Assembly (NCBI GenBank): GCA_002269645.1
Contig: NIVC01000629.1
Span: 438,390-502,389, forward strand
Source of the DNA: Macrostomum lignano
Lineage: Eukaryota
Direction of reading: 5' to 3'
DNA: 64,000 nt
Shown here piece by piece: positions 27,106 through 41,860 of the stretch; within the stretch, counting starts at the first letter, position 1; each line of letters opens with the position of its first letter. The notes below the pieces were generated by a model. That model was not told where the DNA came from. It did not search any database and saw only the letters and a list, made by a program, of their open reading frames with translations. The position numbers were made by a program, and so were the translations under genes.

Positions 27106-28139
27106 TGTCTCCGACGTGATCACCCACTTTCAGCAAAAGCAGGAGGGAGCCGCAGGGGCGGGGAATAGACAGGGCCTGGACTATTTAGCAGCGAACGCCC
27201 TCCCCTGAATTGGATTGAACTGAGCGAAGACAGCGCAGGGCAGAGGATCGGTCTCAAAAGCTTATTCTGTTTATTCCATTTCAATATTTCTCCCGAGAGC
27301 GCCTCTGGCACATTGACAAGCATGCGATGTGCATGCGTTCTTCTTTCTCCGCTCCCCTAGAAGAAGAACCGCGCCAATGACTCTAGGCAAGCCAGCAAAA
27401 CTAATAAGCATAATTGGGGCTGCAGAATCCCTCCGCAGACGGCGCCAAAGCCCGTTCGAGACTTGTGGGATTTCAATTCTCTTAGACGCCCAAAACTCTG
27501 AGCTGAGCGCGTGTCGCCGGCCTCCCCGCTTATTCCTCGGGCCAGAGGCTCGACCGGCTTCGTTAGGCAGTTAAAAACGGCCGCGCTCTCCCTATGGGAT
27601 ATTTTTCCCCACGGGGGCGATTACGGCATCTCTGTGGAGGGGGGGGGGGTGGAGGGCAAAGGGGGGCTCTGACCCCATGCTACTGCATTGGCTGGCGAGA
27701 GTCAAGTGTTGACCAGCTGACTTCGGAGACTCACTGGAACTGCTCAAGCAGCCCGCTGCCCACTGTTCCCAGTAGAAATCCCAAATTTTAACCCCCCCCA
27801 TCCATCATCCCGTCGCCGGGTTTCATAGGCAATTTCTTGAATTGATTCGAGAAGGCGGGGGGACTGACCGGATTAACATAAGGCTGCCGACCCCCCGCTC
27901 CCTCAATAGCTGAGGGTGTTTATTATAAGTTAAACGGCCGCGTGTCACTTTATAATGTATTCGAATTCGAAATAGTCAGAAACTCGAATTTAAATTGACT
28001 ATTGCGTCCAGCATTTTATTGCGTCACTTTTGCCGGAGGGTTCGGTTTGGGGTTCGGGGGGGGGAATTGAGAGTTGGGAAATTTACTTGCGGTGAGAGAG
28101 GGATCGAGAACGGCTACAAACAGTCCGAGATGTCTGAAA

Positions 28140-28838
28140 GGGTCAGGGAGGGTCGGGTAGGGTTAGAGAGGGTCAGGGAGGGTTGAGTAGGGTTAGAGAG
28201 GGTCAGGGAGGGTTGAGTAGGGTTAGAGAGGGTCAGGGAGGGTTGAGTAGGGTTAGAGAGGGTCAGCGAGGGTTGAGTAGGGTTAGAGAGGGTCAGGGAG
28301 GGTTGAGTAGGGTTAGAGAGGGTCAGGGAGGGTTGAGTAGGGTTAGAGAGGGTCAGAGAGGGTTGAGTAGGGTTAGAGAGGGTCAGGGAGGGTTGAGTAG
28401 GGTTAGAGAGGATCAGGGAGGGTTGAGTAGGGTTAGAGTGGGTCAGGGAGGGTTGAGTAGGGTTAGAGGGGATCAGCGAGGGTTGAGTAGGGTTAGAGAG
28501 GGTCAGCGAGGGTTGAGTAGGGTTAGAGAGGGTCAGCGAGGGTTGAGTAGGGTTAGAGAGGGTCAGCGAGGGTTGAGTAGGGTTAGAGAGGGTCAGCGAG
28601 GGTTGAGTAGGGTTAGAGAGGGTCAGCGAGGGTTGAGTAGGGTTAGAGAGGGTCAGCGAGGGTTGAGTAGGGTTAGAGAGGGTCAGTGAGGGTTGAGTAG
28701 GGTTAGAGAGGGTCAGGGAGGGTTGAGTAGGGTTAGAGAGGGTCAGGGAGGGTTGAGTAGGGTTAGAGAGGGTCAGGGAGGGTTGAGTAGGGTTAGAGAG
28801 GGTCATGAAGGGTTGAGTAGGGTTAGAGAGGGTCAGAG
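28140..28838. repeat. 30-bp G-rich minisatellite (GGGTCAGGGAGGGTTGAGTAGGGTTAGAGA)
   Basis: About 23 tandem copies. Confidence 0.96.
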
Positions 28839-31154
28839 AGTACATGTGAGATTTCGGGTAGTCAAGACAGACATTGACATCAGTGCAACATAATTTTAAA
28901 ATTTGAAATTGACGATAATCGAGATTTTCAGATCGATCGGCCTCATTGCTGTTGCAGTGTTGCAGATGTTGCTATAATGTGAAGCAAATTAATTTAGCCA
29001 ATCACAAAGGGGCCACAGCACAGGCCATTGTCCCAGTCGAGACAGAACACTCGATGCCAAGAAACGCCAGCAACGCTACAGAGTTAATGATATAAAATTA
29101 CAGATTGCAGGCCAGGGATCCAAGCTTAGCAGTCTAGAATTCACATTTAGGAAGCCATTGAGCTGTCTCCACAAGACTGCCTGAGCTGCCTTTATGAAAG
29201 GATGATGACGGCGCCCAATTTCAAGGGAAATTCTTTTGCAACAGTCTTCACTGGGGACGGGTTTTGCTGCTCAAACAGCAACCGAAAAACCTTTTTGATG
29301 CATTTTCTCCATTAGATAAGACAGAAAAGAGAGGATGGAATCATGAGAAGAATTCCTGACCTCCCCAGGGGAGAAGCAAAGTGCAATTTTTATAGAAATC
29401 TGTCCACAAGTGTAGCTAAATGGTGTTTTTCTCCACGCTATCCGTGATTTGCACTCACAAATCTGCTCAAATATCGAATTGCAGTGATTGGGGTAAGAGT
29501 GGCAAGCCAGGCTCTTTGCTGCAGTTAAGAGTACTAACCATCTCAGGAAGTGCATTTCACAATTCCATAATTCATAGGTACCGATCTTCACATGGGCAGA
29601 TTCTACTAGCCTGACTACTCATCAACTGGGGTGGAGAGAACTATCAAGCGGGCGATAAGACCTGAGTCATGGATTCAACCAACTCGCATGACCCCCGAAC
29701 TACCTACGAGTAGATCGAGTGATTGGGATTGAATACGCGGAGGGAGGCGTTGAAGCAGGTCTACCCTGCCCTCAGACTGGGAGATACCTGAACACTGCAT
29801 GTGTACCCTTTCAATCCTCTCATGCTATGCAGCTAGTAGGAATGCCAGCCATCAAAAGTGTTGGAGAATTGCAGCGTGTCGGGAAGGTGGGAAATAAAAG
29901 AGAAAAGGCTCGACTGCTGTAGTAGGAGAGAGAGGCCGGGCCCGCCTGATGCAGGAAACTTCAGGTGAGAGAGGGAGATGAAGAGCGGGCCAGGGGATCT
30001 GCAGGTGGTTGACTTCCGCGGCCCGGGGGGAGGGGGGTCGGGCAGGGATTGTCTAAAGTGGTTGCGCCCGCGGTGTGCGCAAGAAGGTTGTTTACACCGA
30101 AAACACGAGCGGATCGCAGCCCCCCCCCTGCCCAGCTTCCTGGGGTCAGAGAACTGGCGGTGCGTGCAAAAAAATTGGAACAAAAAATTGCCTGATAATT
30201 TTTTCCCAAGGATTTTTACCCCCCCCCCCCAAAGGCGCACGGAGATTGTAGGGCTGGGGGTCTGGTACTAGGGCGTGGACCAGTTCCACTGAGAAACCCG
30301 AGTCGGTCTGGGAGATGGTGCTGGTGCTGACTGGTGCTCGCTCGCACAAAGGAAAACGGTTTTTTGCGATAAAGCGAAGCTGCAGAGCTGAGTAGATGGA
30401 GTCACAGAGGTCTCCGGTTTCTCATCCCAGCCCTGCAGTCGGAGTGCTAGGAAGAATCTGAATCTGAAGACCCTCGCCTGCTCTGAATTGAGTAGATGAG
30501 TCAGTCAGGTGATCATCAATCTATTATTGGAATTTCTACTGAAATTTACCGAGAGAAATCTGTAAGTTAAGCAGTGTTGAACACGGTTAGTGCAACAGAT
30601 GAATAGCAAATCCAAAAAATTAACAGTTTCGTGGCTCATCAACTTTCTGTTGGAATGCTAAGATCTAGTTCAAGTCAAAACTAATCCGTTTTAGTGGTTT
30701 CCAGTCCTGTGAACTTAATGGTCCATGATCTACAGACTCTGTAGGCAACAGCATAAAAAACGAAAGGGACAATTCATCAGGATTGGGAAGAACTGCGACA
30801 AGAGGCTGATAAAATCCCATCACGTTGCTGCCAGAGGTGCCAGCTGCACCCCGCAGCAGCCAGCCAGCCTCCCAAGAGAGCCGGGGAATGCAGGAGAAGA
30901 GGAAGTGGCAAATTACGGTTTCGTCTGAGGTGCGGGTGAATCAGGGACAAGTTGACAGAGAAGGATTTCTTGCAGAAAGCTGAGCACATGAGCTTAGAAG
31001 TCAGTAGAGCTGATGCCGCAACTGTGGGTGCAAAGCGCTTTTTGGGGAACCCATTTGGGATTCGCGCACAATCTTACTGTAAAGGAAAGTTTTAATGCAG
31101 TTTTTCGGTTTTATTAATCCAAAGAGCTGCATATGCTCACTTGCGGTACGCAAT

Positions 31155-31640
31155 GTGTCCACTGGATCTGCTGGATCTGGGATGGAATGTGTCCACTGGA
31201 TCTGCTGGATCTGGGATGGAATGTGTCCACTGGATCTGCTGGATCTGGGATGAAATGTGTCCACTGGATCTGCTGGATCTGGGATGAAATGTGTCCACTG
31301 GATCTGCTGGATCTGGGATGAAATGTGTCCACTGGATCTGCTGGATCTGGGATGAAATGTGTTCATTGGATCTACTGGATCTGGGATGAAATGTGTCCAC
31401 TGGATCTGGGATGAAATGTGTCCACTGGATCTGGGATGAAATGTGTCCACTGGATCTGCTGGATCTGGGATGAAATGTGTCCACTGGATCTGGGATGAAA
31501 TGTGTCCACTGGATCTGGGATGAAATGTGTCCACTGGATCTGGGATGAAATGTGTCCACTGGATCTGCTAGATCTGGGATGAAATGTGTCCACTGGATGA
31601 AGTGTGTCCACTAGAATTAATGTGTCCACGGGATCTGGGA
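31155..31640. repeat. 34/25-bp minisatellite (GGATCTGGGATGAAATGTGTCCACT[GGATCTGCT])
   Basis: Tandem copies with an optional 9-bp insert. Confidence 0.93.
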
Positions 31641-33667
31641 TGAACTGCGACTCTGTATTGCCATGCTTTCGCACCCCAAGAATCCGCTGACTAAGAGGTC
31701 CCAACTTGACGTCCAAACTGACTCACGATCACCAATGCCTTCAAAAATTTTCCCATTGAGGAAAAACTTTCTCCTCAATTGGATCTCAGGAATCCCCCGT
31801 GCCCGTAGCCGGACTCGCCCCCTGGGGACAGCTTAGCCTCAGTAGCGGCCAGAGAGCTGATTGAAAGGCAAAAAGTGGACACACCGGCCGGCCCTCCAAT
31901 TCATATCTCCAAAAGCTTGAAGTTCCGATTTCTTTATGAGCTTCTGTTCTCCATGCCGACTCGGTCCGATATCTCTCTCTGTACTGGCCTAAACCCCCAC
32001 CAGTCTCAGCAGAGGATTACGCAACATCGCAGAACCCGGAGCAGCCCCCGAGCGTCAATCAGTGTCAGAAACCGCGTCCAGCTTCCCTCCCTCCTGAGTC
32101 TCTTTATCGGCGAATGAAAGCAAAACGAAACTCGCTCCGAAATACAATTAGCGAGCCGCTGCTGGGATCGAATCGGAAAGCAGGTTTTTTCCCAATGAGA
32201 TAATAGCGGATTTTTTAAAATGCATTGAGATTCGTTAGATTTGTACCATGATTTTTTTAATTCGGAGAAGGCCGCAGGCACGTTCAATTCGTCTTACAAA
32301 CTAGCTAACAGGCAGTCATGAAGGTCCCAAAACTTTGCTAGTTGCTAGTTGATAAATAATCTCTTTAATTTGCTTTCAATAAGCAGACAATTTACTCACC
32401 TCAATTTCTTTCACTAAGAAACCGGTCGTTCCGTCCAGTCCAATACCAGTATTAATTTGGATAACTGCGCAAGAATGCTTCTGACCATTCAGGAAAATGC
32501 CTGCTTTCCAATGCTCTAATTTTGTCTGCCTACGAGTTGGGCTATCCTACAGCAAAACGGCTTTACTATATCTGTGTTGAAGGCTTGAGGCCAGCCGTCA
32601 TTGGCTGGGTTGGCCCCACAGCCAATCGCTGCATGGGCAATGCAGTTTTGCCAGCTAAATGCTGCAGACAAAAGAAAGATAGGAAAGGACAGGGAAGCTG
32701 CTAGCTAAGTGTTGGCTGATGCATTGCCCGGATGCATGCATGTTGTCTTTGCTCATTGTTGGTCAGGATTTCGTGCCTCGTTCTTTTTTTAGCCAAGTAT
32801 TAAACCGGTTATAGAAAGCAAATCAGGAATTTTCCGCCATTCAAGCCAGCTGAGGTGGGGGATGGCGGGAAGCGGGGCAGATGGCCGCCTTGTCCTTCCT
32901 GGCTCTGGCAATAAACAAATGCCCAGAATGATAATTGGTTTATTGCCAAGGTCTAGACCCGCCTATATCGTCACTCACTAACTATTTTCAAAAGCCCCCC
33001 TTCCATGTACTGGATAAATTTTCCAAAGGCGCAATAAAAGCCAAGGTAAAAAGTTGCTGTGCAAATGCGAGTTTTGACCTAATTTAAGACACAAGCACAT
33101 TTCGCGTGGCTTGTTAGTAAAACTTCGTTAGCTATATGCTATCATTATTCTAACTTCATAACGTCATCTGGATCTGGGTGACCTCAACTGCACTTTAATA
33201 GAAATGATGAAGAAGGCAGGATATGACTGAACAATTCGGAACAGTTGTAAAAAAATTGCAACAAACAATCCGATGCATCAAGGATTCCGTCTGTATTATC
33301 TACGAGACACAACATCTTCTTGAAGTATTTCAGTTCCTGCATTTTTGGAATCCTTATATTGGCGGCCGGCTGCCCAGACAGCATGAATCATTCCTCTTGT
33401 CCTGCAGTATCTAGGCATCCGCGCGGTATTAAGTTTATAGATCAAGGATCAAAAGTGCATCAAGGATTCGTAAGTGTAGGTTGGAATATTGTCTCTACGA
33501 GCTATTTCACAGTGACTAAGTGCGGAACCACAATTTAGATGAAGTACTAAATTTTATTATAGACTTGTCGGCTTGCGTTAGAATTTTCTGTGTTTCCAGT
33601 TCTGTACGACAGATTTATTCCTGGGATGGCACACTCTCACACGAATGGTCACTATCGAATCAATTAC

Positions 33668-33990
33668 CGACGTGAGGCTGGTGTTAAGAGGGGCAGAGAT
33701 TATTCAAAAGAATGTACATTGTAGCGCGAGCGACCCTCACCCCAATCAATTTCTGGCGTGAGACTGGTGTTAAGAGGGGCAGAGATTATTCAAAAGAATG
33801 TACATTGTCGCGCGAGCGACCCTCACCCCAATCAATTTCTGGCGTGAGACTGGTGTTAAGAGGGGTAGAGATTATTCAAAAGAAGTACATTTTCGCGCGA
33901 GCGACCCTCACCCCAATCAATTTCTGGCGTGAGGCTGGTGTTAAGAGGGACAGAGATTATTCAAAAGAATGTACATTGTCGAGCGAGCGA
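33668..33990. repeat. ~86-bp tandem repeat, ~3.8 copies
   Basis: CGTGAG(G/A)CTGGTGTTAAGAGGG recurs at 33671, 33757, 33843 and 33928. Confidence 0.92.
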
Positions 33991-35559
33991 CCTCCACCCA
34001 CCTTTATATGCACGTCACTAGCCAATCGGTATTTAGTCCATTTAGCCCAAGCTAATATAGCCGTCCTCATTTTCTATACAGTTCCAATGCATCGAGCACT
34101 GTTGACGGATTAACAGTGCAACTTTTTTGTTATCGAAGAAGTGCCTTCTAAACCGGAAAATCTTTTTCTAGCAGAACGCTGAAAGATCGAAGGAAAGAAA
34201 GGATAGTTGACAACTGATCCACCCAGTCCTGAATGGAGCTGCAGGAGTCCATAGGGTTGCGAAGAGTTCTGCTATAGCCAAAATAGGGGGGAATAGGTGA
34301 AGCAGCGAGAATTTCCTTGTTGCCTGCTCTCTTCAAAAACAAGGTGGCGTTTCGCGCCAATTTCTGAAATCAATATTGGCAACAGCCGCAGCAAACTAGC
34401 TGGTTAGTACGTGAATTATTAGTTCCCGAAACTCCCCTACCAGTCCTCTTTGGTCTGCTGCACGGGATCAGTGAGTCTTGAAGAGGGGAGGCAAGGAAAT
34501 GTCTCTGCCAGACGCCTGGCTTAGAAAGATTTTTTCCAACTTTTACATTCTCACTTAGTCCTGTTCCTCGCCAACAAGTCGTGTTTTGTGTTTCAAGCTC
34601 CATCAGGACTGCCAGCTTCCCCCCCCCCCTCCCTCCACCCCTGACACAATGCCTGTCAGCCCTAACCTCGCCGTCAAGCCAGATCCCAACGCAGGCCTTC
34701 AACAGCAGCGGAGTTCACTATAAAGCAGCCGATCCGCTGCGGTTTCAATCTTTAGTTAGTGATTTTTTTCTCTTAAAAATCCAGAAAACACTGTCCGGAG
34801 TCCGAACTGCCTCGTTTCCCTTTTTTAAATTGTGTGGCAACTTCTGAAACTTTTTGGTTTTGGTGAAAGAAAGAATAAGAGAGAGAGAGAGAGGCCGGTA
34901 AGAAAGGGCAGGACTAATGAGGCTTCTGGAATTTCACTGATTTCTTTTCACTTTCTGTTCTGCCCCACTGCGCAACCCTCTGAACCGCTCAGTCTCTCCC
35001 TCACGACGCGCCACACCTCTCGCGTTGCAAAGGGCATTTTTCCCTGTCTTTCTTCTTGCAGTATTTTTTACATTTTCCCGCTGCCACTTTCTTCTCCTCC
35101 GCTGATAAAATAATGAATAGCGCTTCCCTCAAGACTGGATGCACAACTGGGAAACAGGGGGCCGCTGTGATGGCGGTTTTACAAGCGTAAGTTAGCGAGG
35201 ATGGGCCCTGTCGGTTACCAATTTCATGGCGGATACCAGACCTGCAACAAAGACCAACTACGCTCGTACACTGCCCATTATTGTCTGTCTGTGTCCCCCG
35301 TGCAACTTCTGCTGCACTATCATACAGACACAGCCGCGGCCCACCCAGCAACAGAGAGTTCGAGAGATTACACACACCGCATCATAGTCGGCCAAGACGT
35401 GTCTGCTTCTGTAGAAATTACTGCTTGAGGATTCAAATTAACTTTCTGTGCTTATCAGTTTCTGTCTGGAGCAACTGCGCGGGAGATCTGAACAGGTCTG
35501 GCATAAAACTCTAACGAATACAGCCTCGGCTCCTAAATCTGCCTCTCCGCTTCCTCGGT

Positions 35560-35881
35560 GTCCTTGAATCTGCGTCTCCACTCCTGAATCTGCCTCTATT
35601 CTTGGAATCTGCCGCTCTATTCCTGGAATCTGCCGCTCTATTCCTGGAATCTGCCGCTCTATTCCTGGAATCTGCCGCTCTATTCCTGGAATCTGCCGCT
35701 CTATTCCTGGAATCTGCCGCTCTATTCCTGGAATCTGCCGCTCTATTCCTGGAATCTGCCGCTCTATTCCTGGAAACTGCCGCTCTATTCCTGGAATCTG
35801 CCGCTCTATTCCTGGAATCTGCCGCTCTATTCCTGGAATCTGCCGCTCTATTCCTGGAATCTGCCGCTCTATTCCTGGAAT
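35560..35881. repeat. 21-bp minisatellite (CCTGGAATCTGCCGCTCTATT)
   Basis: About 14 near-identical copies. Confidence 0.95.
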
Positions 35882-37137
35882 CATACCTCATTAAACACTG
35901 TGGATTCTTATTCAAATCTAGCAATGAAAGCATTCAAATCTCTTGTCACTGCATTGAGGCCACACATTCAGATTGAGCTATTCAGTATTTCAATGCAACA
36001 AAGACTACAAAAAAAGCATTTTTCTCTTGTTGGCACACAGAGCGTTGAATCGCCCACCTGCCAATAATTATTTTTTCTTGGCCACACATTGCCCAGCGGG
36101 TTGTATGCGTCTTTTTAAAGGCAGCCCAGACCGAAATTATGATTCATTTTGCGAACCCGTCAAAACTGACACCCCCTATTGTCTGGTCTCTCATGGTCGC
36201 ACAATAGAAGTCGAGGCGGTGCCGGGGCCTGTGACGCAATCTAATAACACACCTGCTTTAATTATTCAATCATCGTCATTCTGTTTGTGTCAAACTTGGC
36301 TAAAACGTCAACACTGTTCTCATATTTTAGTAACATTACAAACGAACCGCAAGAACAGAAGCACTGTTATATCCATTGTGGCTTTTTCTATTTAAAAAAC
36401 CGGCTCCCAGAAATGTCTAGATTTTAATGGTTCAAAAAAGTTCTCAATGACACTTGAAAGAGGGAACCTGCGCTTCATGCAGAAGCTGCACAATATGCAC
36501 TTTCGCTGGCCTCCTCTCCGCCGTCCTAGACACGCCCTCTTCAGTGATTTCAGAGTTCCGAAACGGTTCAATCTTCAATTTTTTAGACAGACCAACCGCG
36601 CAGGATCCCTTGTGGCTTGAGTTCAACCGTGACCCATACGTGTGCCTCAGGTACTTGGCTACTTTGGCCAACAGCAAGAGTTACTGGCGATGGAATTCCA
36701 TCCCCGAGTCGGAATGGATGGGGGAAATCCGAGTGGCCCCATCTATCGGGATAATGCGAAGGATTTCAAGTGAGTTGGAGATTTGAGTTCAGCCCTGCGG
36801 CAGCGACCACGTGAGCTCTCCGCCCTTTACTCCTAGTTGAGTGTCACGGAACTGAAGCCATGGCGTGAGCTGGAACCATTGATGGCCCACAAAAATTGGG
36901 AGAATTTTCAGAGATGGGGGGGTTTGGGCAGCTGGGCTTTTAATCTGCTGCCACAATAATCCATGCAAATGACGAAGCTGGAACATCAGTATTAACTGGT
37001 CATCACAGCCCAGAACCGATTCTTCAATATTAACAGTTTGGTCGTATGTTGAACTTAATTTTGTTATTGATACCGAAGTGTTGGGAGTTTATAGCAACAG
37101 AAGATTTTGATATTTGATAGAGGGCGATGAGGGGTCG

Positions 37138-37665
37138 GAGACCAGAGACAGGCCAGAGACAGACCAGAGACACACTAGAGACAGACCAGAGACACACCAG
37201 AGACAGACCAGATACACACCAGAGACACACCAGAGACACACCAGAGACAGACCAGAGACAGACCAGAGACACACCAGAGACACACCAGAGACACATCAGA
37301 GACACACCAGAGACACACCAGAGACAGACCAGAGACAGACAAGAGACAGACCAGAGACACACCAGAGACAGACAAGAGACAGACCAGAGACAGACCAGAG
37401 ACAGACCAGAGAAAGACCAGAGACAGACCAGAGACAGACCAGAGACAGACCAGAGACAGACCAGAGACACACCTGAGACAGACCAGAGACAGACCAGAGA
37501 CAGACCAGAGACAGACCAGAGACAGACCAGAGACAGACCAGAGACAGACCAGAGACAGACCAGAAACAGACCATAGAGACACACCAGAGACACACCAGAG
37601 ACACACCAGAGACACACCAGAGACAGGCCAGAGACAGACCAGAGACAGACTAGAGACAGACCAGA
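37138..37665. repeat. 11-bp minisatellite (AGAGACAGACC / AGAGACACACC)
   Basis: Tandem copies. Confidence 0.93.
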
Positions 37666-38344
37666 TAATGGGTGAGTCGAGAGAAAGAGCATTTTCCCTC
37701 AGTTGCAAGAATTCCCCTGACTCCCCTAGGAGCCCCATCTGCAGTTTCCCTCTCTCTATCCATCATTCCGTCCCCGTTCGGAATTGCGGTGTCACCTTAA
37801 AAAATATCGCGTCCTCCGAGCTCGATCTAATTATCCCACAGGGCCGCGACTAATCCGGGGCTGGGGGGATGGTGGCAGCCCCGGTGATAATAAAATTTGT
37901 TTTTTTTCTGCAAATTTTAATAGCTGAGACACAGAAGTCTCAGAGTGCTCAGAAATGAACCCCGAGCCTTACGAATTCCCTTCTGTATAGATGAGCAGTC
38001 AGTCAGTCAGTCCTACCGATCCCAGCGTGCACTTTTTCACCTACGGATTTCTGATAATTCGATCAATTGGCAAATAGGACTGTCTCGCAGCCTGTCAAAT
38101 GCTGTTCGAAAGTTGAAATAAATTTGCGCTATTGACAGAAGAAATACCCAGCAATATTTTCTACTGCGTGGGCGGCGTTGTTACTTAGGCTGGAAGGCCA
38201 CAAGCTAAATTGCATTTTGAACTTACGAGAATAAACTTCCACATGCATTCAGAGATCTTTTCAAATCACAAATATTTCAGACTGTGAGAAAGATTTTTAA
38301 AGATTTGGGGAGAAATTAGACCAGGGGTTGGGAGGGGAGGAATG

Positions 38345-38800
38345 GGGGAGAGAGAAATGAGAAGAAAAAACAGAGAGAACAGAAAGGAGAGAGGAGAGAG
38401 GAGAAAGGAGACAGGAGAAAGGAGAAAGGAGAGAGGAGAGAGGAGAGAGGAGAGGGGAGAGAGGAGAGAGGAGAGGGGAGAGAGGAGAGGGGAGAGAGGA
38501 GAGAGGAGAAAGGAGAAAGGAGAGATGAGAGAGGAGAGAGGAGAGAGGAGAGAGGAGAGGGGAGAGAGGAGAGAGGAGAGGGGAGAGAGGAGAGAGGAGA
38601 GGGGAGAAAGGAGAGAGGAGAGAGGAGAGGGGAGAAAGGAGAGAGGAGAGAGGAGAGGGGAGAAAGGAGAGAGGAGAAAGGAGAGAGGAGAAAGGAGAAA
38701 GGAGAGAGGAGAGAGGAGAGAGGAGAGAGGAGAGAGGAGAGAGGAGAGAGGAGAAAGGAGAGAGGAGAGAGGAGAGAGGAGAAAGGAGAGAGGAGAGAAA
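38345..38800. repeat. Polypurine (GGAGA)n-type tract
   Basis: Almost only G and A on the + strand. Confidence 0.95.
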
Positions 38801-39719
38801 AGACGAGACAGAAAAGGGAGGTGAGAATAGATAAACTCAATGGACCGCTTCAAAATTACTGTGTTTTACATGACACAGGTGAATATTCCTTATTGATAAT
38901 AATTTACTATGCGATTTGAAAAATAATTGTGAAAGTTTGGCTTCCAGTCCAGATTTCCGGATTTCTAAGCGTCCCTGTATGCTGAATCCATGAACTGTCA
39001 AACGTTTCGGCTACTTTGCAGCGAGAGTCCTTCAGGAAAAGAGGAGTTATTTTGAATTATTTGAAGCAGCAAGGCTAGAGCAGCAAAGAAGAGGGGCGGT
39101 TGAAGAAAGAATGAAAGCACTAAAGAAGACGGTGGAGTGGCATTGTTTGAGGCAACAACCGCTTCTTCGAGTGCGGATCGGCCGCCACCCAAGCGGCACG
39201 GCGGCTTCGCGTCTCCTGCCTCTCGGAGGCACCGGCTGCATCATCTCACTGTAGCTATGAGGCTATTTTCACGGGGGAGGGGAGCGGGAAGAAACTCCCG
39301 GATAGAAGGCGAGATAAAAGCGAAGTTGCCGGCAGGTTGGGGGCGCGCCGCTCGATTGCGTAACACCGGTACAGTCGGCAGCAAACTCTCAGGGCTAGGG
39401 TCCCTTTCAAGGGCTTGGCAATCTATTGTAGCTGTGTGTGTGTGTATAGTCATTGTGCTCATTATTACATTGTCTGCTTAGGGTTGGCCCCCTCACCCCC
39501 TAGTCAAGTGCTGTGTGGAATTGGTGAAACACATTTCCAGAGTTTTTAGGGGAAAGTTTTTGGATCTATCTATACGGCAAGTGCTGTCTTAGTTTGTGTT
39601 TAGGTTTATGGTTGGGTTTATACAAAAACATCAAAAAAGCTACCGACAGACTAATAAATGAAAACTTGCAGAAATTCATTACAAACTTCCAAAAAATCCA
39701 AAACTACCAGAGGACTAAT

Positions 39720-40531
39720 GACAAACTACCTCTGAACTGATAACAAACTACCTCAGAACTGACAACAAACTACCTCAGAACTGATAACAAACTACCTCAG
39801 AACTGATTATAAACTACCTCAGAACTGATAACATACTACCTCAGAACTGACAACAAACTACCTCAGAACTGACAATAAACTACCTCAGAACTGATAACAA
39901 AGTACCTCAGAACTGATAACAAACTACCTCAGAACTGACAATAAACTACCTCAGAACTGATAACAAACTACCTCAGAACTGATAACAAACTACCTCAGAA
40001 TTGATAACAAACTACCTCAGAACTGATAACAAACTACCTCAGAACTGATAATAAACTACCTCAGAACTGATAACAAACTACCTCAGAACTGACAACAAAC
40101 TACCTCAGAACTGATAATAAACTACCTCAGAACTGACAATAAACTACCTCAGAACTGATAACAAACTACCTCAGAACTGATAATAAACTACCTCAGAACT
40201 GATAACAAACTACCTCAGAACTGATAATAAACTACCTCAGAACTGATAACAAACTACCTCAGAACTGATAACAAACTACATCAGAACTGACAATAAACTA
40301 CCTCAGAACTGATAACAAACTACCTCAGAACTGATAACAAACTACCTCAGAATTGATAACAAACTACCTCAGAACTGACAATAAACTACCTCAGAATTGA
40401 TAACAAACTACATCAGAACTGACAATAAACTACCTCAGAACTGATAACAAACTACCTCAGAACTGATAATAAACTACCTCAGAACTGACAATAAACTACC
40501 TCAGAACTGACAACAAACTACCTCAGAACTG
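39720..40531. repeat. 22-bp minisatellite (AAACTACCTCAGAACTGATAAC)
   Basis: About 36 tandem copies. Confidence 0.96.
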
Positions 40532-41481
40532 TTTCGGTTATATATGCCAATGAAATAAAGGGATTCACAGGTCATTTGCGATTTTGTTGCTAAAAAAGCA
40601 GGAACCGTACCTTGGGGTGTCATAACTGAAGAAGGAAAGTCAATTAATTTTTCAGGCACCAGTGTGTCAGACTGACCAGTTCACCGTGTGCGCTGCACAC
40701 CTCTTTGACAAAAACCTTCCCTCTTTGCCAATTACAAACCCAAGGGAACCGCCCGTAAAGAAGTCCCATTACGCAATGTCCCCCCAAACCGCCACAATGC
40801 TTACCAAAGCCAAACGCTCTCGCACTCTTCAGGCCAAAGAAGAAAATCTGCCGCTCTTTCGGCTGCTCGACTTTGCTGCTTACGTAACTCGGCGACTGTG
40901 AGCGGAGCTAACTGGAAAAAGGCGGCAAAGCCAGTCTGTTGGGGCCTCGTTGCCTCATTGAGCCCCCCCCCTGAGCCTGCGTGTCCAACCGGCTTTGCAA
41001 AACTGCATTGAAGTATCAAAAAAATACAGCGGATCCATTTCTGCTCCCGGAAGAAGAGGACGAGGTTAAGAAGCTACGAGAGGCAAGAGGGCGTTTTGCA
41101 GGCCACTTGTGAGTTTCTGTCGGCCCATCATAAACACCCATTGTGCGGCCGTCCTGCCTCTGTCTGTGGGAGCTTCATACAGTCACACAGTGCCTCATCA
41201 AGCTCAACCTCAGCTTCCTGGCAGCAATCAAGCTCAAGGCTGGGAAGTCGACAAAAAAGCAAGTCCATCGATTTTTGACAAAGTTAATAGGCGGTTTGAA
41301 ATCTGGCAGCCAGCTTCGCTAAAGCTTCATCCACAATGGATTTCAATGGATTCAGGATCTTCCGTCGAAAGATCATTAGAGATATTATATAGTGACAAGG
41401 ACATTGCTGAGAGGCAAAAGTGCAGGGTGTTGCAGACGGTTTGGCTGAGCTGGGAGGTTAGATAAGAGCTATGAGGCAGCA

Positions 41482-41860
41482 GGAGTGGGAGAGGGGGAGA
41501 GGAGAGAGAAGAGGAGAGAGAAGAGGAGAGAGGAGAGAGGAGAGAGGAGAGAGGAGAGAGGAGAGAGGAGAGAGGAGAGGAGAGGAGAGAAGAGAAGAGG
41601 AGGGAGAGGAGAGAGGAGAGAGGAGAGGAGAGGAGAGGAGAGGAGAGGAGAGGAGAGGAGAGGAGAGGAGAGGAGAGGAGAGGAGAGGAAAGGAGAGGAA
41701 AGGAAAGGAGAGGAAAGGAGAGGAAAGGAAAGGAGAGGAGAGGAGAGGAGAGGAGAGGAAAGGAAAGGAAAGGAAAGGAGAGGAAAGGAGAGGAGAGGAA
41801 AGGAAAGGAAAGGAGAGGAGAGGAGAGGAGAGGAGAGGAGAGGAGAGGAGAGGAGAGATA
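41482..41860. repeat. Polypurine (GGAGA/GGAAA)n tract
   Basis: Almost only G and A on the + strand. Confidence 0.95.
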
